64,000 nt of DNA from an uncultured Alphaproteobacteria bacterium (GCA_963721135.1 CAVRIB010000004.1:70496-134495); one strand, 5' to 3'. Positions 8,011 to 18,813 are shown, numbered from the stretch's first letter. Numbers and translations are program-made. Notes: generated by a model from the sequence alone, not told the origin.

Positions 8011-8259
8011 TCAGATCCTGGCCAACTGACCGGAATGCTCATAAGGATGCTTGTTGCTCAGCTCGAGATCAACGTAGCCGCTGTCGTCAATCCACTCATG
8101 AGGGCAATACCGAAGCTGCCCGCCTATCGAAAGCCCGTCTCTCCGGATCGCTTCTGGCTTACCGACACGGCCGGACCAAATGTTATCTCCCGGTCGGATA
8201 TTGAAGCGCATGGCGTCGAAAACTGCGGTATCGTTCCGAACTTCGGGGTTGTTCGCCAT
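8011..8259 (-). CDS. Hypothetical protein
   Basis: Protein-like C-terminal part of the 8011-8529 ORF (YCPHEWIDDSGYVDLEL); start chosen at ATG 8259. Confidence 0.45.
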   Translation of the reverse strand: MANNPEVRNDTAVFDAMRFNIRPGDNIWSGRVGKPEAIRRDGLSIGGQLRYCPHEWIDDSGYVDLELSNKHPYEHSGQLARI

Positions 8260-8463
8260 GAAAATCAGCCCTGCGGTCGACCGTACATCGCCCCGGTGCA
8301 ACGACGTCAGGCCCGCGAGAACGACTTGCATGCGCGGCAGGTTGCCTGCCAGGCAGGCAGCTTCAAGTTCTTCGTTCAATCGCCTGCGGACGGCGAAGCG
8401 TGTCGGGCTTATTATCAGATCCCTATTTGTTCGAATGGGTGGACGTCCCATGATACACGACTG

Positions 8464-8483
8464 TGTCCCAAGATTTGTCCCAA
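8464..8483. promoter_or_regulatory. Putative tyrosine-integrase arm-type sites
   Basis: TGTCCCAA direct repeat twice with 12-bp period, ~130 bp inside the att core. Confidence 0.5.
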
Positions 8484-8611
8484 AGGCCGCCAGAACGGCG
8501 TGGACGAAGAAAGATAACGGCGAACGCAATAAGGCGAGGCGTAGGCAATTCGGCTTGTTAATTCAGACGAATTGTCACGCGCGCGGACCGTGCGAAACGA
8601 GTGCGCGCGTA

Positions 8612-8656
8612 CTCCAAAACCGGGGGTCGCAGGTTCGAGCCCTGCCACTCCTGCCA
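8612..8656 (+). other. attR: 3' half of tRNA-Trp(CCA), not an intact tRNA
   Basis: ctCCAaa anticodon loop, T-arm ggttcgagcc, acceptor 3' strand and CCA; sequence upstream does not form the 5' half. Confidence 0.88.
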
Positions 8657-8723
8657 TTTAGATCAATAGATTAGGTTGCCATCCTCCCGAACACCTTGAG
8701 AATCGCGGTGCTCGTTCGACGGG

Positions 8724-9563
8724 TCAGCGATACGGCGACTTCGCCGGTAGCATATCAAGCGTCTCCCGGATGAAAACAGCCGGAATAATGATGCCGAGAG
8801 ATAGGTCCTTGTCCTTGTAGACGCCCGAATTGGCCTGAGCCGTGACCAGGCCGGCGAGAAATTGAATTGTCTCGCCCAAGTGGCTTCCCCCGGCGTAGTC
8901 GCGGTTTCGATCGACAAAGTAGACCGGACCGCCGCTGTTTCCCGGAAGGATGCGAAAATCGAGAAGCCAGTTCCTGGCTTCCTTCGAGGGAACGAGCGGA
9001 TAAGAGGCAAGCTTTCCGCTGCGGAGGATGGGATAGCCATATTGGCCGGCGGCAAACAGCGGATAGCCGAGGCAGAGCAATTCATCGCCCGGGTGAATTT
9101 CGAATTTCTTCAAGTCGCCGTCCTCGATCAACAGCCCGGCAGGGAGCGGTCTTATCTTCGCGAATGAAGCCGGCATTCTCATGTAAAGGGCCGCCACGTC
9201 GACCGAGGGGTGTTTGACGTAGAGCGGCTTGCCATTTTGGCGGATCGGGAACTCGTAAGGTTGCTCGCTGTACGTTCCGTTCTCGTTTCTTGAGCGGTAC
9301 ATCAATGTCGCGCGGTCGCCGGAGATGTCGTCGAGGACGTGGGCGGCCGTAATCAGAACATGCGCACTGCTGTCGCCGATCGGCTTTTCCATGATGAATG
9401 CAGTGCCGCTCGCCGTTTCTCCCGAAGTCTTTGCGCCGGGTCCCAACAACTGAAACGTCGTCTCCATCAACTGTGTGTTGATTTCGAATTCCTCGTCCTC
9501 AGCGCGGGAACCGGTCGCCATGCTCGCCACGATCAGGGTTGCCCAGATCAATTGCTTCAACAT
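8724..9563 (-). CDS. Secreted trypsin-like serine protease (no PDZ)
   Basis: Signal peptide; triad motifs LITAAHV, VDVAAL, PGNSGGP; GGAG RBS. Confidence 0.88.
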   Translation of the reverse strand: MLKQLIWATLIVASMATGSRAEDEEFEINTQLMETTFQLLGPGAKTSGETASGTAFIMEKPIGDSSAHVLITAAHVLDDISGDRATLMYRSRNENGTYSEQPYEFPIRQNGKPLYVKHPSVDVAALYMRMPASFAKIRPLPAGLLIEDGDLKKFEIHPGDELLCLGYPLFAAGQYGYPILRSGKLASYPLVPSKEARNWLLDFRILPGNSGGPVYFVDRNRDYAGGSHLGETIQFLAGLVTAQANSGVYKDKDLSLGIIIPAVFIRETLDMLPAKSPYR

Positions 9564-9850
9564 CGCGCGTCTCCGTGGCTCTGCCACTGGTTGTGTCCAG
9601 AAGCCGGCGCGCGGTTCATCAAAGCTGCAAGAGCGGTTGGCCGAAGGCCAGTTCAGTGCTCGGATCGCCAAAATGACCCCCTCTATCCCGCTGATTTGAC
9701 GGCGATATTGTTGGCGCCGCGCGGTCTTCGCCGGCGCGCGGATACCGATGGATCAACGCATGGCCGCACCGCTGCCGGCCGCTAGGCGGCGTGGCGCCAA
9801 GCTGATAGCGTTTTCATCTCGCATCGACTTTCAGCATCGGGGACAAGACC

Positions 9851-11269
9851 ATGGACAATCGCAGCGACATCTGGCGGGGCGTTGACGCGATCACGCCGCG
9901 GTTCATCGCGTTGAGCGACAGGGTCTGGGCGATGCCCGAGCTTTGCTACACCGAGGCGCGCTCCGCCGCCGAACATCTCGCCGAGCTCCGCCATCAGGGT
10001 TTCCGCATCACCGAGAATGCCGCCGGCATTCCCACCGCCTTGATGGGCGAATGGGGCGAGGGCGGCCCGGTCATCGCGTTCCTCGGCGAATACGACGCGC
10101 TGCCCGGTCTCAGCCAGGAGGCCGGTGTCGCCGAGCCTCGCCCGCTCGAGACCGGCGGTCATGGCCATGGCTGCGGCCACAATCTGCTCGGCTCGGCCGC
10201 GCTGCTCGCCGCCACGTCGCTGAAGGATTGGCTCGCCGCCCACAGGGTCAAGGGACGCGTGCGCTATTACGGCTGCCCCGCCGAGGAAGGCGGCGCTGCG
10301 AAAGCCTTCATGGTGCGCTCCGGTGCCTTCGAGGACGCCGACATCGCCATCACCTGGCACCCGAGCAGTTTTTGGGAAGTGACGGTGACGCCCTCGCTCG
10401 CCAATACGCGCGCGGATTTCATCTTCACCGGGCGCACCTCGCATGCCGCGGCCTCGCCGCATCTCGGCCGCAGCGCGCTCGATGCGGTCGAGCTGATGAA
10501 TGTCGGCGTGAACTACATGCGCGAGCACATGCCGAGCGACGCCCGCGTCCACTATGCCCTGCTCGACACCGGCGGCATCGCGCCGAACGTGGTGCAGGCT
10601 CATGCCCGCGTGCGCTATTCGATCCGGGCGCGCGACCTGCCCGGCATGAATGAGCTCGTGGGACGCGTCCACAAGATCGCGCAAGGCGCAGCCCTGATGA
10701 CCGAAACCAAAGTGGAGATGCGGATCATCTCCGCCGTCTCCAATCTCTTGCCCAATACCCCGCTCGAGCAGGCGCTCCACCGCGTCATGGAGGAACTCGG
10801 CCCGCCGCATTTCGATGACACGGACAAGGATTTCGCCGCAAAGATCCGGTCCACCCTTACCGAGCAAGACATCGCCTCGGTCTATCGCGCCATCGGGATG
10901 GAACCGACCGACAAGCCGCTGGCCGATTTCCTCGTGCCAATGGACGCCAAGCGCAACCCCCAGATCGGCTCGACCGATGTCGGCGACGTGAGCTGGGTGG
11001 TGCCGACCGTCCAGGTCCATTCCCCGACGGTTGCGATCGGCACCCCGTTCCACACCTGGCAGGTGGTGGCGCAGGGCAAGAGCCCGGCCGCCCACAAGGC
11101 CATGGTGCAGGCCGCCAAGGCCATGGCCGGCCTCGGCGTCAAGGCGCTGCTGGAACCGGACCTGATCGCCGCCGCCAAGGCCGACCTCAAGAAGCGCACC
11201 GCCCGCACGCCCTATGTCAGCCCCTTGCCGGCAAATGTTGCGCTGCCGCTGGATATGTCGTTGACGTGA
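9851..11269 (+). CDS. M20 family amidohydrolase (AbgB-like)
   Basis: LGEYDALPG, GHGCGHNLLG, GCPAEEGG, ITWHP, GSTDVGDVSW. Confidence 0.92.
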   Translation: MDNRSDIWRGVDAITPRFIALSDRVWAMPELCYTEARSAAEHLAELRHQGFRITENAAGIPTALMGEWGEGGPVIAFLGEYDALPGLSQEAGVAEPRPLETGGHGHGCGHNLLGSAALLAATSLKDWLAAHRVKGRVRYYGCPAEEGGAAKAFMVRSGAFEDADIAITWHPSSFWEVTVTPSLANTRADFIFTGRTSHAAASPHLGRSALDAVELMNVGVNYMREHMPSDARVHYALLDTGGIAPNVVQAHARVRYSIRARDLPGMNELVGRVHKIAQGAALMTETKVEMRIISAVSNLLPNTPLEQALHRVMEELGPPHFDDTDKDFAAKIRSTLTEQDIASVYRAIGMEPTDKPLADFLVPMDAKRNPQIGSTDVGDVSWVVPTVQVHSPTVAIGTPFHTWQVVAQGKSPAAHKAMVQAAKAMAGLGVKALLEPDLIAAAKADLKKRTARTPYVSPLPANVALPLDMSLT

Positions 11270-11527
11270 TCTTGACCTGAGCCGGCGAACAAATTTTTGG
11301 CAAGCTGGGGCGCGCTGGAGCCCGCTTTGGCCGACGATACGGCCGGATTGCCGAACCCGTGTGCGCCGGGGCGGCCGGTTGCCCAAGCGACAGCCAGAAA
11401 ACCTTCCGCGTCATCGGTAAGAAGAATTGACGCGCGGGGCGTTCGGTGTGCCATCTTCTTTCCCGGGAAATTCGGCGCGGCCGCGGGTAGCGGCCACCCA
11501 TCCACCTGAGAACCAGAGGAGGCGAGG

Positions 11528-13318
11528 ATGCTGGACAAAGAACTGCGAATGATGATCGACCGGGTGAAGGACGGCCGCATGAACCGCCGCGCCTTCATTC
11601 AGCGCATGATCGGTCTCGGCCTGAGCGCGCCCATGGCGACACAGATTCTCGCCATCGGCGGCGTCGCCATGGCGCAGAGCCCGTCGCCATACAAACCGAC
11701 CAAGCGCGGCGGCGGCGGCCCGCTGAAGCTGTTGTGGTGGCAGTCGCCGACCCTGCTCAACCCGCATTTTGCCACCGGCACCAAGGATCAGGACGCCTCG
11801 CGCCTGTTCTATGAGCCGCTGGCAAGCTGGGACGTGGACGGCAATCTCAACCCGATCCTGGCGGCCGAAATCCCGTCGGTCCAGAACGGCGGCCTTGCCG
11901 CCGACGGCAAGTCCGTCACCTGGAAGCTCAAGCCCGGCGTCAAATGGCACGACGGCAAACCCTTCACCGCCGACGACCTCGTGTTCACGGTGGACTACGT
12001 CAACGATATTGCCACGGCGGCGGTGAGCATCGCCGTTTACCGCGACATCAAGGTCGAGAAGGTCGATGACCACACCGTCCGCATCCTGTTCAACAGCCCG
12101 ACGCCGTTCTGGGCCAATGCTTTCGTCGGCGGTTACGGCTGCATCATCCCGAAACACCTGTTTGCCGACTACAAGGGCGCGAAATCCCGCGAGGCCCCGA
12201 GCAACCTGGCGCCGGTCGGCACCGGTCCCTACAAGTTCGTCGAGTTCAAGCCGGGCGATCTCGTTCGTGGCGCGATCAACGCCGACTACCACATGTCCAA
12301 CCGTCCCTATTTCGACACCGTCGAAATGAAGGGCGGCGGCGATGCGGTCTCGGCCGCGCGCGCGGTGATCCAGACCGGCGAATATGACTATGCCTGGAAC
12401 ATGCAGGTGGAAGACGAAGTGCTGCTGCGCCTCGAAAACGGCGGCAAGGGCAAGACCCTCTATGCGACCGGCGGCGATATCGAGTTCATCGCGCTCAACA
12501 GCACCGACCCCAATCTCGAGGTCGACGGCGAACGCTCCAGCATGAAAACCAAGCACCCGCTGTTTTCAGATCCCGCGGTGCGCAAGGCGCTGTCCCTGCT
12601 GGTCGATCGCGACGCTATCGTGAAGCACATCTACGGCCGGGCCGGGCTGACGACGGCCAATTACCTCAATGGCCCGCCGTCCGCTGTTTCCAAGAACACG
12701 AGCTGGGAATTCAGCATCGAGAAGGCGATCAAGCTCCTCGACGACGCCGGCTGGAAGCCGGGCCCCGACGGTATCCGCGCCAAGGGCGACAAGAAGTTGA
12801 AGCTGCTCTACCAGACCTCGATCAACGCGCCGCGCCAGAAGACGCAGGCCATCGTCAAGCAGGCCTGCCAGAAGGCCGGCATCGAGGTCGAGCTGAAATC
12901 GGTCGTGGCCTCGGTGTTCTTCTCGTCCGACGAAGCCAACCCGGATACCTACTCGAAGTTCTATTCCGACCTCGAGGAATTCCAGATCCCGATGACCCAG
13001 CCGGACCCGTCGCTGCAGATGAAGCGCTACATTTCGGCAAACGTCGCCACCAAGGCGAACAAATGGCAGGGGCAGAACTTCGCGCGTTGGGTCAACAAGG
13101 ACTATGACAAGGTGATCGAGGAGGCGGAAACCGAGACCGATCTGGTGAAGCGCGCCGCGCTCTATATCAAGTCCAACGATATGCTCATCGAGGATACGGT
13201 GTTCGTTCCGGTGCTGCACCGGCTGAAGGTGAGCGCGATTTCGAAGAGCCTGAAACCGGTGATCAGCGGCTGGGCCAACGACACCGACAATATCCAGGAC
13301 TGGTATCGGGAGGTCTGA
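11528..13318 (+). CDS. Peptide/nickel-type ABC transporter substrate-binding protein
   Basis: Tat-like RRAFI signal; family 5 motifs LKPGVKWHDGKPFTADD, PVGTGPYKF. Confidence 0.93.
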   Translation: MLDKELRMMIDRVKDGRMNRRAFIQRMIGLGLSAPMATQILAIGGVAMAQSPSPYKPTKRGGGGPLKLLWWQSPTLLNPHFATGTKDQDASRLFYEPLASWDVDGNLNPILAAEIPSVQNGGLAADGKSVTWKLKPGVKWHDGKPFTADDLVFTVDYVNDIATAAVSIAVYRDIKVEKVDDHTVRILFNSPTPFWANAFVGGYGCIIPKHLFADYKGAKSREAPSNLAPVGTGPYKFVEFKPGDLVRGAINADYHMSNRPYFDTVEMKGGGDAVSAARAVIQTGEYDYAWNMQVEDEVLLRLENGGKGKTLYATGGDIEFIALNSTDPNLEVDGERSSMKTKHPLFSDPAVRKALSLLVDRDAIVKHIYGRAGLTTANYLNGPPSAVSKNTSWEFSIEKAIKLLDDAGWKPGPDGIRAKGDKKLKLLYQTSINAPRQKTQAIVKQACQKAGIEVELKSVVASVFFSSDEANPDTYSKFYSDLEEFQIPMTQPDPSLQMKRYISANVATKANKWQGQNFARWVNKDYDKVIEEAETETDLVKRAALYIKSNDMLIEDTVFVPVLHRLKVSAISKSLKPVISGWANDTDNIQDWYREV

Positions 13319-13346
13319 CAACAGGCGTGGTCCGGATTGTTCTCTC

Positions 13347-14306
13347 ATGAGACAGTATGTCCTGCGTCGCCTCCTGATCGCCGTTCCCAGTCTGCTCGGC
13401 ATCTCGCTGGTGCTGTTCACCGTGCTCGCGCTCGCGCCCGGTGATCCGTTCTCGGACCTGGCAACCAATCCGAACGTACCGCCCGAAGTGGGCCTCGCAC
13501 TTCGGGCGAAGTTCGGCCTCGACGATCCGGTCTACATTCGCTACCTGCATTGGCTCGTCGCCATGGCGCAGGGCGACTGGGGCTTTTCCTTCGTCAGCCG
13601 GGTGAACGTCGACACGCTCATCCTGCAGCGGCTGCCGACCACGCTGTACGTGATCGGCTCGTCGCAATTGCTCGCGCTCCTGATCGCGATCCCGGTCGGC
13701 GTCTTTGCCGCCACCAAGCCCTATTCGCTGTTCGACCAGATCGCCAATACGGCCGCCTTCATCGGGTTCTCGCTGCCGACCTTCTTCACCGGCATCCTGT
13801 TCATCCTGCTGTTTTCGGTGAAGCTCGACTGGCTGCCGTTCGTCTATACGACCGACATCAATGCGACCGGCCTCGGCTGGGTCGCCGCGGAACTGAAACA
13901 GGCGATCATGCCCGTCATGGTGCTCGGCCTGTTTCAGGCGGCCTCGCTGACCCGCTTCGTGCGTTCGGCGATGCTGGACGTGATCCGCCTCGACTACGTC
14001 ACGACCGCCCGCGCCAAGGGCCTCGGCCAGAGGAGGGTGATCGTCAAGCATGCGATGCGCAACGCCATGATCCCGGTCGTCACTTTGGTGGCGCTGCAGG
14101 TGCCCGCGGTGTTCGGCGGCGCCATCGTCACCGAGCAGATCTTCCGCGTTCCCGGCATCGGATCGCTCCTGATTTCCTCCATTCTTGCCAATGACACCCC
14201 GGTGGTGATGGCCGTGACGTTCGTATTCGCCTGCCTTGTCGTGCTCTTCAACCTGATCGCGGACGTGCTGTATGGATGGCTTGACCCTCGCATCTCCTTC
14301 CGTTGA
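13347..14306 (+). CDS. ABC permease (DppB/OppB-like)
   Basis: LRRLLIAVP, GDWGFS, DYVTTARAKGL EAA loop. Confidence 0.93.
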   Translation: MRQYVLRRLLIAVPSLLGISLVLFTVLALAPGDPFSDLATNPNVPPEVGLALRAKFGLDDPVYIRYLHWLVAMAQGDWGFSFVSRVNVDTLILQRLPTTLYVIGSSQLLALLIAIPVGVFAATKPYSLFDQIANTAAFIGFSLPTFFTGILFILLFSVKLDWLPFVYTTDINATGLGWVAAELKQAIMPVMVLGLFQAASLTRFVRSAMLDVIRLDYVTTARAKGLGQRRVIVKHAMRNAMIPVVTLVALQVPAVFGGAIVTEQIFRVPGIGSLLISSILANDTPVVMAVTFVFACLVVLFNLIADVLYGWLDPRISFR

Positions 14307-15190
14307 GCGGCGCACGCATTCGCCGTGGCACGAGACCTGGCGGCGCTATCGCCGCCACCGGCTCGCGGTGGTCAGCGCGGTACTCCTGCTTGGCCTGATC
14401 CTGGCGGTGGTGCTCGGCCCGTTCCTGTGGCCGCTCGCCATCGACGACATCGATTTCAACGCGACGCTGCAGGGTCCTTCGCTCGCCCATCCCTTCGGCA
14501 CCGACGACCTGGGACAGGATCTTCTCGCCCGCATGATCTATGGCGGACGCATCTCGCTCGCGGTCGGTCTTGCCGCGATGATGGTCTCGGTGACGGTCGG
14601 CACCCTGGTCGGCTCGCTCGCCGGCATGTCGCGCGGTGCGCTCGGCCACGTCCTGATGTGGCTCACCGATCTCTTTCTCTCGCTGCCGCAACTGCCGCTG
14701 CTGCTGCTTTTGATCTACCTGTTCCGCGACGGGCTCAAGGCCGTACTAGGCCCCGAGGGCGGCATTTTCATTCTCATCGTGCTGGTGATCGGCGGACTGC
14801 GCTGGATGCCGGTTGCCCGCCTCGTGCGTGCCCAGTTCCTCTCGCTTCGCGAGAAGGAATTCGTCGAAGCTGCGCGTGCGCTCGGCGCAAGTCCGCTGCG
14901 GCAGGTGGTCCGCCACATCCTGCCGAACGCGGTCGGACCCGTCATCATCGCCGGGACGATCGACGTCGCCGCCGCCATCATCGCCGAATTCGACGCTCTC
15001 CTTCCTCGGCCTCGGCTTCCCGCCTGATATCCCGACCTGGGGGCGGCTCTTGTTTGACGCCAAGGATTATCTCGACATTGCCGCTCACTGGGCCCTGTTT
15101 CCGGGAGGCGCCATCTTCATCGCGGTCGTGGCCATCAATTTCGTCGGCGACGGGTTGCGCGACGCGCTCGATGCGCGGCAGGTGATCTGA
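14272..15190 (+). CDS. ABC permease (DppC/OppC-like) with +1 frameshift at ~14989-14990
   Basis: HPFGTDDLGQD, EFVEAARALGA; AE|STLSFLGLG split by an extra T (gaattcgacg). Confidence 0.88.
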
Positions 15191-16170
15191 TGGCGCCCTT
15201 GCTCGCGATAAAGGGCCTGAAGACCCACTTCGCCACCGACGACGGCATCCTTCAGGCCGTCGACGGCGTCGACATCACCATCGAGAAGGGCGAGACGCTC
15301 GGCGTGGTGGGGGAGTCCGGCTGCGGCAAGACGGTCACCGCGATGTCGATCCTGAAGCTGATCGCCATGCCGCCGGGCCGCATTGTCGAAGGCGAGATCA
15401 TGTTCGAGGGCCGCGACCTCGTGCCGCTCACGAGCCACGAGCTGGATGACGTCCGTGCCAGAAAGATCGGCTTCATCTTCCAGGAGCCGATGACCTCGCT
15501 CAACCCTGTCTTGACCGTCGGCGAGCAGATCGCCGAAAGCCTGCGGGTCCATGAGGGGTTGTCGAACAAGCAGGCGTTCGCCCGCACGGCGGAGATGCTG
15601 AAGCTGGTGCAGATTCCCAACGCGGACGCGCGCGTGCATGACTATCCGCATCAGTTCTCGGGCGGCATGCGCCAGCGCGTCATGATCGCGATGGCGCTTG
15701 CCTGCAAGCCCAAACTCGTGATCGCCGACGAGCCCACCACCGCGCTCGACGTGACCATCCAGGCGCAAATCCTCGACCTGTTGCAGGACATGAAGCAGCG
15801 CTTCGGCATGGCGGTGATGCTGATCACCCATGCCATGGGCGTGGTCGCCGAAACCGCGCAGCGCGTGGTGGTGATGTATGCCGGCAAGATCGTCGAGGAG
15901 GCGAGCGTCGACAGCCTGTTCGCAGATCCGCGCCATCCCTATACCCAGGGGCTGATCCGCTCCATTCCGCGGATCGACCTCAACGGCGGGCGCAAGATGC
16001 GGCTGGAGGCGATCGGCGGGACCGTGCCGATCCTGATCAATCCCGCCCCGGGTTGCCGGTTTGCGCCGCGCTGCCGCCACGCCATGCGCATCTGCACCGA
16101 AAAAGAACCGGTGTTGCGCGAGATCGCACCGCGCCATCGCATGGCCTGCCATCTCGGAGAGACGCCATGA
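15190..16170 (+). CDS. ABC ATPase (DppD/OppD-like)
   Basis: [30 protein letters not shown]. Confidence 0.95.
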   Translation: MAPLLAIKGLKTHFATDDGILQAVDGVDITIEKGETLGVVGESGCGKTVTAMSILKLIAMPPGRIVEGEIMFEGRDLVPLTSHELDDVRARKIGFIFQEPMTSLNPVLTVGEQIAESLRVHEGLSNKQAFARTAEMLKLVQIPNADARVHDYPHQFSGGMRQRVMIAMALACKPKLVIADEPTTALDVTIQAQILDLLQDMKQRFGMAVMLITHAMGVVAETAQRVVVMYAGKIVEEASVDSLFADPRHPYTQGLIRSIPRIDLNGGRKMRLEAIGGTVPILINPAPGCRFAPRCRHAMRICTEKEPVLREIAPRHRMACHLGETP

Positions 16171-17150
16171 GCGATCCTTCGATGAGCGCACCGCTGCTGC
16201 AAGTCACCAATCTCACGAAACGGTTTCCCGTACTGGGCGGCCTGTTGTCGCGCGAGGTCGGCAGCGTTCATGCGGTGGACGGCGTTTCGTTCACGGTCAA
16301 TCGCGGCGAAACGCTCGGGGTGGTCGGCGAGTCCGGCTGCGGCAAGTCCACCACCTGCCGCTGCGTGCTGCGCCTGATCGAGCCGACCTCGGGCGAAGTC
16401 ACCTATGACGGGCAGGATGTGCTGGGCCTCGGCGGCCATGAACTGCGCGCGCTGCGGCGCAAGATGCAGATCGTGTTCCAGGACCCTTTCGCCTCCCTCA
16501 ACCCGCGCATGACGGTCGGTGCGATCCTCGCTGAAGCACTCATCATCCACAAGCTCGGCGCCACCGCGGCCGAGCGGGAGGATCGGGTGGCAAGCCTGCT
16601 CGTCAAGGTCGGGCTGAAGGGCGAGCATATGCGCCGCTACCCGCACGAATTTTCCGGCGGCCAGCGCCAGCGCATCGTGATCGCGCGCGCGCTCGCAGTC
16701 GAGCCCGAGCTCGTCGTCTGCGACGAGCCGGTTTCGGCGCTCGACGTCTCGATCCAGGCGCAGGTGCTCAATCTTCTGGAGGACTTGCAGAGCGATCTCA
16801 ATCTCACCTACCTGTTCGTGGCTCACGATCTGTCCGTGGTGGAGCACATCTCCGATCGCGTCGCGGTGATGTATCTCGGCCGTATCGTCGAGCTGGCCAG
16901 CGCCAGCGAGCTTTATCGCCACCCCCAGCACCCCTATACGCAGGCGCTGCTTTCGGCGGTGCCGGTGCCCGACCCGAAAATGAAGCGCGAGAGGATCCGC
17001 CTGCAGGGCGATGTGCCGAGCCCGATGAACCCGCCGCCGGGCTGCCACTTTCACACCCGCTGCCCCATCGCCGAGGCACGCTGCCGGCAAACCTCGCCCG
17101 AACTCAGGCAGGGCAACGACGGGCATTTCGTGGCTTGCCATCTGGCGTGA
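16167..17150 (+). CDS. ABC ATPase (DppF/OppF-like)
   Basis: [26 protein letters not shown]-terminal GCHFHTRC. Confidence 0.95.
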   Translation: MSDPSMSAPLLQVTNLTKRFPVLGGLLSREVGSVHAVDGVSFTVNRGETLGVVGESGCGKSTTCRCVLRLIEPTSGEVTYDGQDVLGLGGHELRALRRKMQIVFQDPFASLNPRMTVGAILAEALIIHKLGATAAEREDRVASLLVKVGLKGEHMRRYPHEFSGGQRQRIVIARALAVEPELVVCDEPVSALDVSIQAQVLNLLEDLQSDLNLTYLFVAHDLSVVEHISDRVAVMYLGRIVELASASELYRHPQHPYTQALLSAVPVPDPKMKRERIRLQGDVPSPMNPPPGCHFHTRCPIAEARCRQTSPELRQGNDGHFVACHLA

Positions 17151-17199
17151 TGCGCGCCGGCAGGGGCAAGGCGTTAGACCGGTCCAACCGGCCGGCACC

Positions 17200-17228
17200 T
17201 TGACCTTTGGCCGCTTGCGCAGTACATA
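17200..17228 (+). promoter_or_regulatory. Sigma70-type promoter of secE-nusG
   Basis: TTGACC-N17-TACATA. Confidence 0.6.
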
Positions 17229-17400
17229 GCCGCCACCTGCTGCCGGCCCGCTGATAGCGGATATCCGGCGCGGCTTTGAATTCCCCGGAAACAATCGAGC
17301 CCGCTTGCCGGCTCATCCTTCAAACGAGGGCTGGGCGCTAGCGGGCTGTTCGGATTCCGGAAATCTCGTCAATCGTCTGACAACGCGGATCACGTCAAGG

Positions 17401-17592
17401 ATGGCTTTCAGCCCGTTCAAGTTCCTGCAGGAAGTGCGCTCGGAGACCGCCAAGGTCACCTGGCCGACCCGCCGCGAGACGACGATCACCACCATCATGG
17501 TGTTCGTGATGGTCGCGATGGCTTCGATCTTCTTCTTCGCCGCCGATCAGCTCATCGGCTATCTCGTCACCTACGTGCTCGGGATGCACTAA
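17401..17592 (+). CDS. secE: Preprotein translocase SecE
   Basis: FLQEVRSETAKVTWPTRRET plus one TM. Confidence 0.95.
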   Translation: MAFSPFKFLQEVRSETAKVTWPTRRETTITTIMVFVMVAMASIFFFAADQLIGYLVTYVLGMH

Positions 17593-18146
17593 TGACAACC
17601 GTCGCCACCCAAACCATGGACAAGCGCTGGTACATCGTCCACGCCTATTCCAACTTCGAGAAAAAGGTCGCCGAATCGATCCGCGAACAGGCCAAGCAGC
17701 GCGGGCTGGAGGAACTTTTCGAGCAGGTGCTGGTACCGACCGAAAAGGTCACCGAGGTGCGCCGCGGCCGCAAGGTCGACGCCGAGCGCAAGTTTTTCCC
17801 GGGCTACGTGCTGGTCAAGATGAAGCTGACCGACGAGGCCTTCCATCTCATCAAGAACACCCCGAAGGTGACCGGTTTCCTCGGCGCGGAAAACAAGCCG
17901 ATGCCGATTTCGGAGACCGAGGCCATGCGCATCCTGCACCAGGTGCAGGAGGGCGTGGAACGGCCGAAGGCCTCGGTGACGTTCGAGATCGGCGAGAATG
18001 TCCGCGTCGCCGACGGCCCGTTCGCGTCGTTCTCCGGCGTGGTCGAGGAAATCGACGAGGCGCGCTCGCGCGTGAAGGTCGCGGTTTCGATCTTCGGCCG
18101 CGCCACGCCGGTCGAACTGGAATTCGGTCAGGTCGAGAAGGTCTGA
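17592..18146 (+). CDS. nusG: Transcription factor NusG
   Basis: WYIVHAYSNFEKKV, FPGYVLV, KOW, IFGRATPVELEF. Confidence 0.98.
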   Translation: MTTVATQTMDKRWYIVHAYSNFEKKVAESIREQAKQRGLEELFEQVLVPTEKVTEVRRGRKVDAERKFFPGYVLVKMKLTDEAFHLIKNTPKVTGFLGAENKPMPISETEAMRILHQVQEGVERPKASVTFEIGENVRVADGPFASFSGVVEEIDEARSRVKVAVSIFGRATPVELEFGQVEKV

Positions 18147-18153
18147 TCGCACT

Positions 18154-18245
18154 GTCATTGCCGGGCTTGACCCGGCAATCCATCTGCTTTCGCAAGACAT
18201 TTTTTTGCGAAGAGGATGGATGCCCGGGTCAAGCCCGGGCATGAC
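18154..18245. repeat. CGTC-type REP doublet
   Basis: gtcattgccgggcttgacccggcaatcc...ggatgcccgggtcaagcccgggcatgac. Confidence 0.9.
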
Positions 18246-18281
18246 AAAGGAGAGCAAGTGGCGAAGCCGCTTGGAAAGAGC

Positions 18282-18329
18282 CGTGGGAGGAGACGGATGA
18301 TCGCCAGTCATCCGTTAAACCGTACCACG
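18282..18329 (+). promoter_or_regulatory. Putative L1-binding leader of rplK-rplA
   Basis: Stem cgtgg/ccacg, asymmetric purine-rich loop, perfect 8-bp stem acggatga/tcatccgt, just 5' of rplK. Confidence 0.5.
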
Positions 18330-18378
18330 GTCCTGTGAAGCCTCCGGAATGGTCCGGAAGCAACATGAGGAGTGCAGA

Positions 18379-18807
18379 ATGGCAAAGAAAGTGACCGGAT
18401 ACCTGAAATTGCAGGTGCCGGCGGGGGCCGCGAACCCATCGCCCCCGATCGGCCCCGCGCTTGGTCAGCGCGGCCTCAACATCATGGAATTCTGCAAGGC
18501 GTTCAACGCGCAGACGCAGAAGGAAGAAAAGAATACCCCGATCCCGGTGATCATCACCATCTACGGGGACCGTTCCTTCACCTTCGAGATGAAGACGCCG
18601 CCGATGTCGCACTTCCTCAAACAGGCCGCCAAGATCCAGTCCGGGTCGAAGGCGCCTGGCCGCGACAAGGCCGGCAAGGTGACGAAAGCGCAGGTGCGCG
18701 AGATCGCCGAGAAGAAGATGAAGGATCTCAATTGCGATACCATCGAAGCGGCCATGAAGATGGTCGAGGGCTCCGCCCGTTCGATGGGTCTGGAAGTTGC
18801 GGGGTAG
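18379..18807 (+). CDS. rplK: 50S ribosomal protein L11
   Basis: [18 protein letters not shown]. Confidence 0.98.
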   Translation: MAKKVTGYLKLQVPAGAANPSPPIGPALGQRGLNIMEFCKAFNAQTQKEEKNTPIPVIITIYGDRSFTFEMKTPPMSHFLKQAAKIQSGSKAPGRDKAGKVTKAQVREIAEKKMKDLNCDTIEAAMKMVEGSARSMGLEVAG

Positions 18808-18813
18808 GGCGCC

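Larger units (their letters stand above)
1..8656. mobile_element. Right-hand part of a genomic island integrated at tRNA-Trp
   Basis: Ends in a 3' tRNA-Trp fragment starting at the anticodon loop; accessory tiny ORFs and gene remnants; integrase and intact tRNA not in window (inferred upstream). Confidence 0.75.

Noticed and set aside
8579-8656. Intact tRNA-Trp gene
   Set aside because: Only the anticodon loop to CCA is present; upstream bases cannot form the acceptor 5' strand or D-arm
8415-8657. 80-aa ORF MAGVAGLEPATPGFG
   Set aside because: Antisense translation of the tRNA fragment
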